DNA of 64,000 nt from Tubulanus polymorphus. Taxonomy: Eukaryota; Animalia; Nemertea. The first letter of the stretch is position 1; the number at the start of each line of letters is the position of its first letter. The position numbers and the translations under genes were made by a program. Location of the stretch: positions 2,760,485 through 2,824,484 of the forward strand of contig NC_134027.1 of assembly GCF_964204645.1 (NCBI RefSeq). Direction: 5' to 3'. Below, in pieces: positions 11,211-23,000 of this stretch. A model generated the notes under the pieces. The model ran no database searches and had not been told where the DNA came from. It worked only from the letters and a program-made list of their open reading frames with translations.

Positions 11211-13970
11211 ATTGAAGATTGTTTGTATGAACAGAAAACGAAATGACCGATTATGTCCTTCAATTTAAACAAAATTCTGTATAAATATTTATCTGTACTT
11301 CAATTTCCGATTTCAATAAATCAAACCCCCTCTTTCGCTCCCGGCAGGTGTGGTGGGTGTTTGTAATGAACACTATATCAAAACAAATGAATCGAAATCT
11401 ACCAATCGTAGGGACAATCCATATTTTAAGATAAAACAATCCTTTAAAGGCTTCAGTCGAGGGAGCATACACACAAAACGTTGAATCTGAGTTTCTGGGT
11501 CGATAACGCTAAGAAATATAAGCCTCATGAATATTCTTTGTCAAGGAAGACGTACATGTTTTTGTTGATTCCTTTCCAGAGTAAATTATTTTTTCGTTGT
11601 GTAAGATCAATTCAATTTTTAATCCTCCCTCTATACACAGAGATATGCTACCATTTTTCGATAAATGTACTGAGGAGCAGTTTTTTTTTTCGTCGTGTCG
11701 GTCCTGAAGGAAAACCAGACGGGTAATTTGTGACGGTGACGTAGAGGAATCAACAGTCGTCTGTTTTTCAAATAGTTGGCATTCTACCCGTAGGGAAGAC
11801 CTGAAATGATAGATAATTGAGGAAGCAGGTAAAAGCTGGTTCAGTGTAGCGAACGAAGTCACACTTCTCACCGGTAAATTGTTACTGCGACTGTGTTTCT
11901 GTGTGTATGTTTTGCATTATTCGGCGTTTTCGGAGACAAATGAACGCGAGAACAGCGTATCTAATATCAAACTAATCTTACTGAAATTTCCAGCACGACT
12001 TTGACACACCTGTATGTATTAATACACGTACCAATCCGTAATAAATGTCAAAAGTTTATTAGAATTGACAATAATTGATAATAATTAATGATGATATCTA
12101 TAGCTCGTATCGCGGTGAACAACGCCAAATTAATGAAATCCAAAACATGAGACATTTTCGAGCCTCCTGAAACGACGTTAATGATGTACGATAATAATGA
12201 AGTCCTTTTGCGAGTTCATTTATACCCTGGGATTGTGTTGACCTCGATAACTTATACCTTACCTGAATTACGACCTGTAATAACAATATCTAGAGCTAAA
12301 CCGAGCTCATCCGTTTGTCGTTAACTCTCGATAGTCGCAGCTGAGACTGGTATCTTTGCTCATCGTACTAACGTCATTAATAACGCGCCATTCTTTTTCT
12401 TCGCTCGACTCACAGGAAAATACGACGAACATCGTGTTCTTACCACCATTACGTATAATTTAGAGTAGACCGCTTGTCGCGAGGGAATGATTTACGTTTC
12501 CCTGGACAGATATAGATTATGAGTGATTAAAGGTAGATCCAACCATGTTACAAATCAGCATGTTATGAGCTGTAAATGTAAGGACATGATTTTTGTTTCA
12601 CTCTGGGATGGTCGCTGTCTGCAAGGCAGTATAAGGTAACTAGTAAACTATTTTGCTTTTTGAAAATCGGAGTCGAAATAAGAGACGATGTCAGCGGTGA
12701 ATTAGAAAATTATTCCAAAACATTGATTTAATGTAAATTACCTCTTTGCGGCGAAGGTGACGGCAAATTTAAGACGGATCTGTATCTTGTTTAATGCGGA
12801 TCGTGAAAGAGAAGAAGGTTCGCCCGTGTAGACAATTACCTGTTGATGCGTGAAACGTGGACTGTAATCAGTGGAATGCATTAGACAGCCTGCAGCTTGG
12901 CAAATTCGATAGAAAAGAAAATACACAGGACGATTCGGTTTACACAGTTTGTGAATTAGTTTTGGTTTATATTTTCGTTATTTTCTTAGAGAACGTGGGG
13001 TTTGCTCTGTCCACGTGGAATAAATGCGCACAACGCAGAAAAGTATTTTTATCGGTCCATATCCGGTCGGTTACAAAATACATCAGCATTGAATGACCAA
13101 TTGCTGCTCTGCATTTCTCAGCGATGACAGAAAATGTAAAAGGCCGTAGTAATTCAGTAGCCTAATTACTAAAGGTATCCATGTCATTTGTATGAAGCGA
13201 TCGAACGCTAACGCTAAAAGCGAATGAAATAAGATATTTCTCATTTAACGGATGTGAACCAAACATATGCCCAGTTCATAAGCGCGACCCCGAGAGATAT
13301 ATGGACCACAAATTAGAACTTTTCAAAGACGTATGCGCCATTATTATTGAAAAAATTCCCGTGCAGCGGTTTGTAATTTTAGGTTAATTGCAGTTCACCG
13401 ACAAAAATGCAAATCAATTCGTAAATGCATATTACATATATACTGGGTATTTTCATCACTTATCGAAAATGCAGGAAATCATGCCGTTTGGGAATACTAG
13501 TCTTTTGCAACGATTTTTTCCGAGAGAGTGCGGAATTTGCGATGAATGAATGATGGATGATCTGTACATGAATAGTCAATGAGTGCATGACAATTATATG
13601 GAAAGTGTGGAGATTTTACTGGTCGGAACAACGCATCACTTAGAAATACTTCATAAATACGAGTCGCTGACAAGTAGAACCCTGAGTTTTGAGGAAAAAA
13701 TCCATTAGTTTGAAGAAAATCTAAGAGTGGTTTGGCGTTCGAGTTCCGTCCACTTCGGATCGAAACATTGAATACACTCTTAGTTTTTTTTCATTTTTGG
13801 AAGAAGACAGTCACTAGTCTTGTCGGCGGAAACCACCCTGGAAGTGTTTTCCAATACAATGTATAAATAATTGGAGTTTTATTATTTCATCTAGTGATCG
13901 TAGTATCGATGATTATCGGTAAATTATCTAAAGTATTAGATCGTATTTGTTTAGGGTAGGTTACGGTAAC

Positions 13971-14165
13971 GAATTGTATAGCTCTTTGTAAATAGTAAAA
14001 CTATTGTCAAAGGCGCTCTCCAGAAATAGATGATGACTTGAACAGAAACTTGACTTGATCCGTCTTAAGAATGCTGGGAGAGAGTCATTATCACGGAGAG
14101 GTGGGTCGGAGTGAGTGCAAATGTCCAAAATGCACGTCCACCAAATGACTTCAGACGACATGAAT
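13971..14165 (-). mobile_element. L2-clade LINE 3' fragment (ORF2 C-terminus plus 3'UTR), copy 1
   Basis: Minus strand encodes RLKSFGGRAF...PPLRDNDSLPAFLRRIK (frameshifted), like the L2 ORF2 tail FGxRAF..WNxLP..SL..FK..LK. It ends in agcgcctttga...gagctatacaa, typical of L2 3' ends, and is homologous to 37251-37456. Confidence 0.7.
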
Positions 14166-15214
14166 TGAACAGGATGGTCGTAGGTCATTGATTCCGGTAC
14201 GACGGAAAGTACCATAGTGTCTTATCCAGTTGACGGTGAGGCGTTGTCGTAGAATTAATGTTGTTTGTTCGACGTAATTATAGCCTCGTCCCATTCGTGC
14301 ATTACACGGTTATACATCCATTAATTTCCTTTTATAAGAAATTACCTTTGCATTATTTGTGTATTCATTGGCAGAAATACCCTTTGGCCATCTATATAAT
14401 GTATGAGTATGTATTTCATATTGCACACATCGTGATGTGCACGGTATTAAAGTTCCTCGCCCAGATATTAAATGCTTCCCGAATGAAATGATATATTTCA
14501 TCGTATAGGTCTATACAATATCAGCACCTTCAATCTCGTGGAAAATCTGAATATCATCCAATTCCGATCGAATCGACGAGATGAATATAACAGAGGGCTG
14601 AAGTCTACTCACGTGGGACTCAGTCGATATATGTTTTGATGTTTGACGAAATTCAATCAGCAGAGCGCCTTCCTCCGGCTGCGCAATCTGACTCTTCCCG
14701 AGGCACAAGGCGTTAGTTTAAAGGAAGTGTTTACCAATCAATCCTCCCAATACCAGTATCTGCTGTGAATACGGATCAATTTTTTCCACCGAACAACAAC
14801 AGAAACTTTTTACGTATAACACATCACGAAATACGGACGTCAATCTCGTAATTTTCACACTAGCCCTGGGAGCGATGTGAAATACGTGTACGCGTATTTA
14901 CGGGCACTAACTGCAGTTTGGATTGCAGTTGAAGAGTCTGTCTGCGATGCGTGACCGAATCAATCTTCTGGCGGAAATTACCGTCAGTCGCTGGTCCAGT
15001 GACGCTGATCTTGCACTGCTGCTATTCTGAATGTCGACTTTTGTGCGGACAACACGCGATGTTCTTCATCCCCATAGGCAAAACACGACGACTCGTTTTT
15101 TATGGAAAGTCTCGATTTTTCATTAAAAGCCCAGTATTATATATCTATTCACATACGTAGCTCGCAACTACAGCATCTATTACCATCTCCAGAGGTTCAA
15201 TCATTAATATATGC

Positions 15215-15231
15215 GTGACGTCACTGCGTCA
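15215..15231. promoter_or_regulatory. Full palindromic CRE (GTGACGTCAC) with adjacent TGCGTCA variant site
   Basis: gtgacgtcactgcgtca read directly; TGACGTCA is the CREB/ATF consensus. Function is unproven. Confidence 0.3.
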
Positions 15232-18200
15232 AAATTATTCAATATAATTATCAGATGGGACGATCTGAAGATGTGCGCTATGCAAAACGGGTCAAGATGT
15301 CGCATACTCAGGCAACCGACATCCGTCCTAGAGGTCACAGAGTGTTACATCCTCATATTTGTCGAGGATTTTGTATCCCCCATAAGGACGTGTACTAGTT
15401 GAGGTTCTGAAGATGCGGCGTTGTGTTGGATGGTTGGATGGTGACTTATTAAAGATTAAACCGAATAGCTGATCGTTATCGATTGGTTGATTGATTTGTC
15501 TGATTAATCGATTTCTTCGTCCACGTATATTACTTAACGAAAGCCGCCGAGGTCTAGCATTACTAGACCTCAGAAATTAGTGTCTATTCAAGCAGAAGTT
15601 AATTGTGATTTGATGCTTGGGTGTCGATGGATGACCACTTTGCGGAATATCAAGTTCCAGTACTCAATAACAGTGGAATAACAGTAGTCACATATTCCGT
15701 TGAGTTTTAAAGAAAATTCCAAATAGTTTGCAGCGATAAATGCTTTATCGACGTTCATACAATTCAATTCTTCGTTAAATAAAATTCAAGCTTCAATATT
15801 TTCAACATAAAGAACAGTTTGACTAAAAGTAATATAATTTCATTATCATATCCCATGATATGTCTGCGACTAATGGAATAATTATATCGTAATTAAAGTT
15901 GTCTAGTGATGTTATAATTACGTATGGAAAATTGTCCGCGCGGAATAAAGGAACGTCTTGCGCTTTATATGCCGTGACTGACAATTACGTCAAAGTTTTA
16001 AACTAAGAAAAAGTGATTACTTTAACCAGTCACGTCAAGCGATGAAAAGCGACCCGGTTTCCCATCACTATCCTCTAGACTTAGTCCGCTAAAAATTGCT
16101 TTTACACTCAAAGAAACTAATCAAGTCTTCGGATGATTTAAATGCAGTACCGAAACCGGGAGCGACTCTCGGTTCAAAGGAAAAACAATCGTCACTGACA
16201 TTTCATCGTCTGAGTTTAGGGATGAGAAATATTGCATCTGATTTATTTGTTACATTTAGCTCGAAAACATAAGTTGATTACACGATAAATGTATTGTGGC
16301 GAGTGAAATGCATTCAACAGAGAAACGATTAGAGCAATGTGCATTGTATAGTATAATCCTGGTGACTGTTGGAAGAGATAATTCTTCGTTTTCATATTTA
16401 GTCTGATCTAGAAATAGGCAATTAGTTATTTCAGTATAGTTGGATGATCGTTCGAATTTACAGAGTTCAAACTAATTTCAACGTGGCTTTGAGTGTCATA
16501 GCATCATGCATTGGACATCGAAATGATGTGCTTAAATCAGCCAACAGAGCTCAGACCACTATTCCAAAATCTTCTATATCCTATAGTAAAAACAAGAAAT
16601 TCGAGAGTTTAGTTCATATATAAGCGCGTAAATTCAGGGGAAATCCTGCTTATGGCTCATAGGCCAGCATCTTAGCTACGCATTGAAGTGGTTTTCGCCC
16701 CATATACCCAACCTAACTTTTGAAATAATCAAACCTTTAGAAAGGAGGGGTATCCCAGTACAGGTATGCCAGTACATCCGAGCCAAATATCTAAGGGAAT
16801 CCCCCACCGTGTTTGGTACCCTTACTCCAAGCAAAAAAAGTCCAGGGAATCCCTTATTTCATCATCAAGCTGTCTCTCAGGATCAATGGATTTCATACAT
16901 ATAACCGAAATTCGTTACCTATCCCATTTGCAGAAATTATGGCAACATTTATAGGGGACCTCTTCTTCACTCTAGGTACTATTTTTGGGGTCCGGCCCTA
17001 CGCATCTTCGAGCTACTAACCTAATTGTGGTCTGATGCCAACAATGGGATAACACATGAGTGAATCATTACACACCCAGGAAGAATGTTTACTTTAAAAA
17101 CCTGTCGCATGGTTTCACCTTTCAAGTGTAGTTTCAGTTCGAATGTTTTTCTGAACATTATCGAAACATGATATGATGATTTGAAACTTTCACTCATTGC
17201 AAATAAAACAAATCCATTCGCCGTATTGAAAGACATCGTCTTCTTTTGTTTTAGGAAACGTGACGGATGGATCTTATCGTTTTTCTTTCTGTGGACCTTT
17301 GCCCCTTTGCTGAACTCGCCACGGTCTTTTCTGTATTAATGAAACTCGTGAAAGATATACCAAGGGAAAGTAGTAATAATTACATTTAGTGGGATCCGTT
17401 GGGAACTACAAGTTGTTTCGGGTAATTATTGGCCACAAGCGACCTTGATCAGTCAGTCGAGGAACACTAGCACGTCGCATTAGGGACTGCGAATGCAATA
17501 AATGTTGGTTACGTGCAGGAAAAAAATTCGATTGAAGCTACATTACCAATCGGATTGTTTCGTGTGCAAAATATGAAGAATGAATTCCCAAAACCTCGTT
17601 CGTTCCCTTCAAAAATCCGCATCCATAATTCAATAGACGTGATATATTCTATCGTAGTATGATAAACTAAACCGGTCACGTCAGGTCACAGCGGACGAGA
17701 CGCACTTGAATTAGAAACTTCGCGTTTAAATCAGAGATTGATACCTTCTATCCTTAGATAATTTGAAATAATACGCAGTATGATTATGAAGTTTCAATAA
17801 TGTATATAGGCTATATCTATAAATATTTTATACGTTTTTTTTATCCGTTCCGCTCTGAGAAGTCGCTGTATTCTTATGATAGTTGTTATTCTGTATATTG
17901 TCATATTTTGCACTCATATTGTCTTAAATGTAGACCTTGAGTTTGTCAAATATACTGTAATCTGTAAACTGTTTATAGGAGCCGTGTAAAAACCTTGTAA
18001 CGTAACGAAAAATGATAGTACTTTGAAGGTTAACGTGATTTTAAAAAAAGTTCCAGATTTTGCTACTAGTGTATAGTATCTTAACTTGATTTACCTGAAT
18101 TAGTCAACGTCTCCGATGAAGATAATAAATCTAGTTAACCTTCAACGAATTATTTGTTATCTTATATATTATATATTACGCTTACTGTATTTTACGGGGC

Positions 18201-18965
18201 AACATACATTTCTATGGACAACTGAACAATAAATATGTCGATATGTTATCGTAAATATGTAATTTCGAATTTCGAAATATATGAAGATCATTGAATAGTT
18301 GATACATAGGATATTCATTCATAATTCAGCCGATAGTTCAATTTTGGTTTCGCCTTCATAATTGGAATTGATAACAGTTTAGATATTGAAATTAAAAGTA
18401 TTGTGACATGACATCGAATTGCAATTAAACTAATTTTGTGCACGCACCTAATTTACCTGCTAGCCCGCGCACGCGTATCACTTTTTAACTGGTTGTTAAC
18501 GTGGCACGGGTTGAACGGATATGCTTGATGTTTGTACCTGGGAGATACATAATGATACTGATGTGATGTGACGTATAGCGCGCGATATATCGTGTGTCGC
18601 AGATGTCATTACTGACTGAAGATACGACGCACAACTTCAGTTCTTATCATTCATTAGCACCAAGGATAAGCAACTCTTTGCGGATTCTACATTTAGGGAA
18701 CTCTTTTCAATAAGTGAGTAATTCAAACAACAACTTGTCGGACCTGGGCATTTTACCTTTTTACGTTGCATCTTTAATTAGTTTTAATTTGAGCTCGTTG
18801 CTTAAAATGAATTGAAATTTAGTGTTATGATTTTGCTCTTCTGGAAAATCGAATATTCTTCTCAGTAATGTGATTTCTGCCGTCACAGAGAAAAAAGAAT
18901 CCAAATAATCGAAAAAGAGTAAATTCATCTTCTCGAAGAGTACAATATTGAAAAAGGCAGCACTT

Positions 18966-19015
18966 TCGGAAATCGTGCTTTTAACAAAATAGAATTTCCT
19001 CGTTGTTTGAAATGA
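18966..19015 (+). repeat. Exact 50-bp direct repeat, copy A
   Basis: tcggaaatcgtgcttttaacaaaatagaatttcctcgttgtttgaaatga, identical to 20027-20076. Confidence 0.95.
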
Positions 19016-20026
19016 AAAATACTGATCCGCGATCAGTATTATACAATTGAATTATATGCAGTAACACAAAGATTTTACTAATAAAATTGACGTTTTAGTT
19101 TTAATGCACCCGTATGCAGTATTGCCTCGCCGGTAAGTCGGTATGCAAACAAAGTACGTATGAATACGGGAGTATGGGTAATTGAGTGAACAGGTGTCGA
19201 AATCATTGAAGTCAACAGTGCAACGGATTGGTTGATTAATACTTCAAAAATTATTAACATAAAAAATATGGAATGGAAAAATTCGAATTTAATTTTTACC
19301 GTACATCGAAAAATAGAGACGCGTGATAGATATTCAATACATATATTATTATATGCATTACATATTATTCGCATGTTACTCATTTATCGATGTTATAATG
19401 TTTCCAATGAGAGTCCTTCAGTTATCCCGGTCCGTTGCTCATGTAAGTAGATATCAGGGTTATGTGTTATAACGTATAAATGAATTATAAATATTTATAG
19501 TCAAGGTGGCTCCCTAAAAATTGGAGACAAACTTCAAACATCAGGTTGATTTTCAAATTTGAATTCAAACACCACGTTGATTTTCAAAATTGGAATACCA
19601 ATCGTGGCAAAGTTCAAAACAATATGCGACGCATCTGTACAGTCATTTATCATCATGAATTATCACAGCCATCTCTTACACTTTCTCGTCTCATTGACTT
19701 TTCTCTCTTCCTTTTATTTGTGTCTCCACTCTCCTGATAACAATGTCGAGAATCATCCCATCTCTCCGTCAATTTGATGTTCGTTACTGGCCTTTGAAAT
19801 ATCGCGACAGTTTCGCGTAAGGATCTCTTCATTTCCGCTGGTTCGCTTTGGATTCTGACGATTAAAGAACGACGTTCATCCCATCAAACTAGCGCAGGAC
19901 AGAAAAATTCACTGAAAGGCGACGATCGTTATATTTTTCCTCTCGTCTTGAACATCGATGACAGCGGAGCATTTGAGTCATCCAAAGTACGTTTCAAATA
20001 CAGTCCGTTATCCCCCCGCAAAAATC

Positions 20027-20076
20027 TCGGAAATCGTGCTTTTAACAAAATAGAATTTCCTCGTTGTTTGAAATGA
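20027..20076 (+). repeat. Exact 50-bp direct repeat, copy B
   Basis: Identical to 18966-19015; flanks are unrelated. Confidence 0.95.
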
Positions 20077-23000
20077 CGAGTTGGAGGGACCGTTCCGACG
20101 ACTTGAAAGCTTCTTTAAAATTTCATTAGGATTGTGTTATCAAGAGTAATGGGACTTTCGTTCGACTTAAGAACGGGCCCTTACTCTCACGACTAATCCA
20201 CTATTGATTAGAGGATCTAGAAGTGCGGGTGTGGATCGGTTTATACAAATGTCGGTGTCTGCTTTGATCAGTTGCCGGTGATATTGATACTTATCTGGTT
20301 CGATACGTTGATAACACTTTACGCGGGAACAGATATACGACCCGACCGAAGCATCCTGCGATAATGTGGCCTGGTCGATTCGGGTCCGTGGCGGCCATTG
20401 TCATACGAATAATATCGTAAAGACCGCTGCGAACGCAAATTTAAATCGACCAGATTTACATTCATCAAAGGATAAGAAAGGAATGAAATATGCAATTATT
20501 CATTAAGCTACCTCTGGGAGGCTGTTTTACGATAATACCAGGGTGTTCTGTAGTAACATCATTATATATGTAATGCAATCCTTCAAATTTCTTGGCACCT
20601 ATCATTATGTTTGGTGTATAATGCTCGACTGACATCAGACTGGTTTTAATACTATGTAGCAGATGAGTCTATATACGTGTAATTAGCTGTCGATCATTCG
20701 CAATAACATCATTGAATTAAATGCGTGATAGGATACGTGTCAATAATGTTGGTAATTCATATCACAACTATTGTGGAGGTGATTGTAATGGCTGCAGACG
20801 AATCAGATGGGTTTTCATTAGCGCAAAGCCTTGTATTAGGTCAGTGAGGGATGTGACTCGTCATCCTACGCGCCCGCCAGCGACGCCAGCAACGCCAGTT
20901 TCACATGTTCAACTTTCTGCGACGCCACCGACATAAGCTGCTCGCAAATGACTGTCGCTGACGATCGTATCGCAGTCAACCTACGCACCCAGTTTCGACC
21001 AGTTGCAACCGCCTCGAGTAGTTCCGGGTCAACCTATATATACACCCGCCTAAATCGTATTCGTGATTCTAATCAACTCAACTCGTAGCTTTTTCGGTAT
21101 AAAGGTTAGAAATTGCTCGAATTCTAAAATTCCTCTTTAAACTGATACCACTTGAACGTTTCACTTGATAACGCGCACGGTAGAAAGCTGATCCGAACGC
21201 ATCAATCACCATTCGGTTTCTATAACCACATCTATCTGATGAAGCATCATTCAAATTTAAACACAAAGTGTCCATTTAGATCAAGCTATCGGCCTTTTCG
21301 GTTGCGATAGGCAACAGTTATGACACGGGGATGAATTATCATGTAGCAGAAAAAAAAAACGTCTAACAATCGATGTTTCTTATCGAATGGCGGTCAAAAA
21401 TACGATACGTATCGTTAGGGTTGTGGTATGATCATATTTATCTTTCTAATTGACAGATTATATGATGGAGCAAATCGATTCTGTTCCGTTACTTATTATT
21501 GGCATCGATCACAAAGATGTAATCGGTTGCCTACATTTATACCACGTCAATCTTGACAAAACGGTTTCAATCATTGCAATTGAATTAAACAGAACGTTTT
21601 GTATCGTTTCCGATGATCATGTGTTAATTTACGCGTTATATATACGAAGCAAAATACGACACTAAATCGCTACTGTAACTGGTGATAGATAAACCTTTAG
21701 TGCCAGCCACGGCTTGGTCATCTAGCTTGTATGTGCGTATCTCAGATAATCAGACTTGAAATAGCCCGTAGATTCAATTTCCGACAAATTCCTCTTGAAT
21801 AAACAATCAGCCGCCAGACATTGACTGCATATAAACATATGATATGCAGAGTCCGAACACAAAAATAGTGTCCACGAACTCAAATTCTTGATTTAAACTG
21901 AATATTGCATTGTCTTATATAATGTGGTATTCTAGACGTGACAGTTTAATTTCCTTTTTTTGCGAAAATAAGTTAAATTTCGCCTCGTCCCATTGCGACC
22001 TATTACTTTCCCAATATCATTCATTATTCAAAGCTTATTCTAAAATGTCTGTTGAGAATCGCGCAGGCTTAATCTCATGACTTCCAGATTTAGAATCGAA
22101 ATTTAACCATTTGGCAATTTGAAGATTAGCCCGTAAGCTACATTCGATCCATACGTAAAAACAAAGAGCCATTTACAGACGCCATTCGTATAGATGCAAG
22201 GGACCGTTTTGAAATGGGTAGAAAATTAAAACTCCATTTGCAGATCTACGGGCTCAAAGATTTGTAGAAAATAAGATTACTTTCATTCATTCGGTCGCTT
22301 GATGGATCATTTAGTACGTTACATCTTATTCAAATGTATTAATTTTCCTTTTATTTTCTATCCATTTGTAAGAGTGCTACAGCTTTGTAACCCTCGCACG
22401 CAAACGGCCGGTAGCTTTTTATAGTGCCTTGTATTCCTTATGGGCAAATGACTTTCAAGTTTTATAGAAATCGTCGATACATCAGCGACAGAATGATTTT
22501 CCGGTTTTACTAAGCGGAACTTTCTGTCATTAAAAGGTCGTTTTGTAACTCGTAAAATGAAGAACGAAAATAAATTCAATAAAAACCGCGTCAGGAGTCT
22601 AATTTGTCATTACTTTGATGGAAATTGATCACACAAAACCGAACATTAATTTCTAATCAGTTGAGAAACCTTCCATCAGACTACCAATAAAAGTTATGAA
22701 TTATCACGAAGGAACTCGATGGAGTCCATTTTAGAGACATTATGTCGCTAACGCTGGTGGATTAGTTAAACAAACGGAAAATATTCCGTCCGCGATTCTA
22801 GCAAAGTAAATACATTTCCTTCTCCTGGAATATCTATACAATTGCCTGGTTACTGAGAGTTGACCGAGCACTGATTCGATGCAAGATATATAGCAATACG
22901 GTTACTATCCTGTTGATAATACATAATAACCCTTGGTGTCGAGTCTCCGTGGCATAAATTGGGATTGATTAATGAAATAATATGACACGGTACTTTGTAT

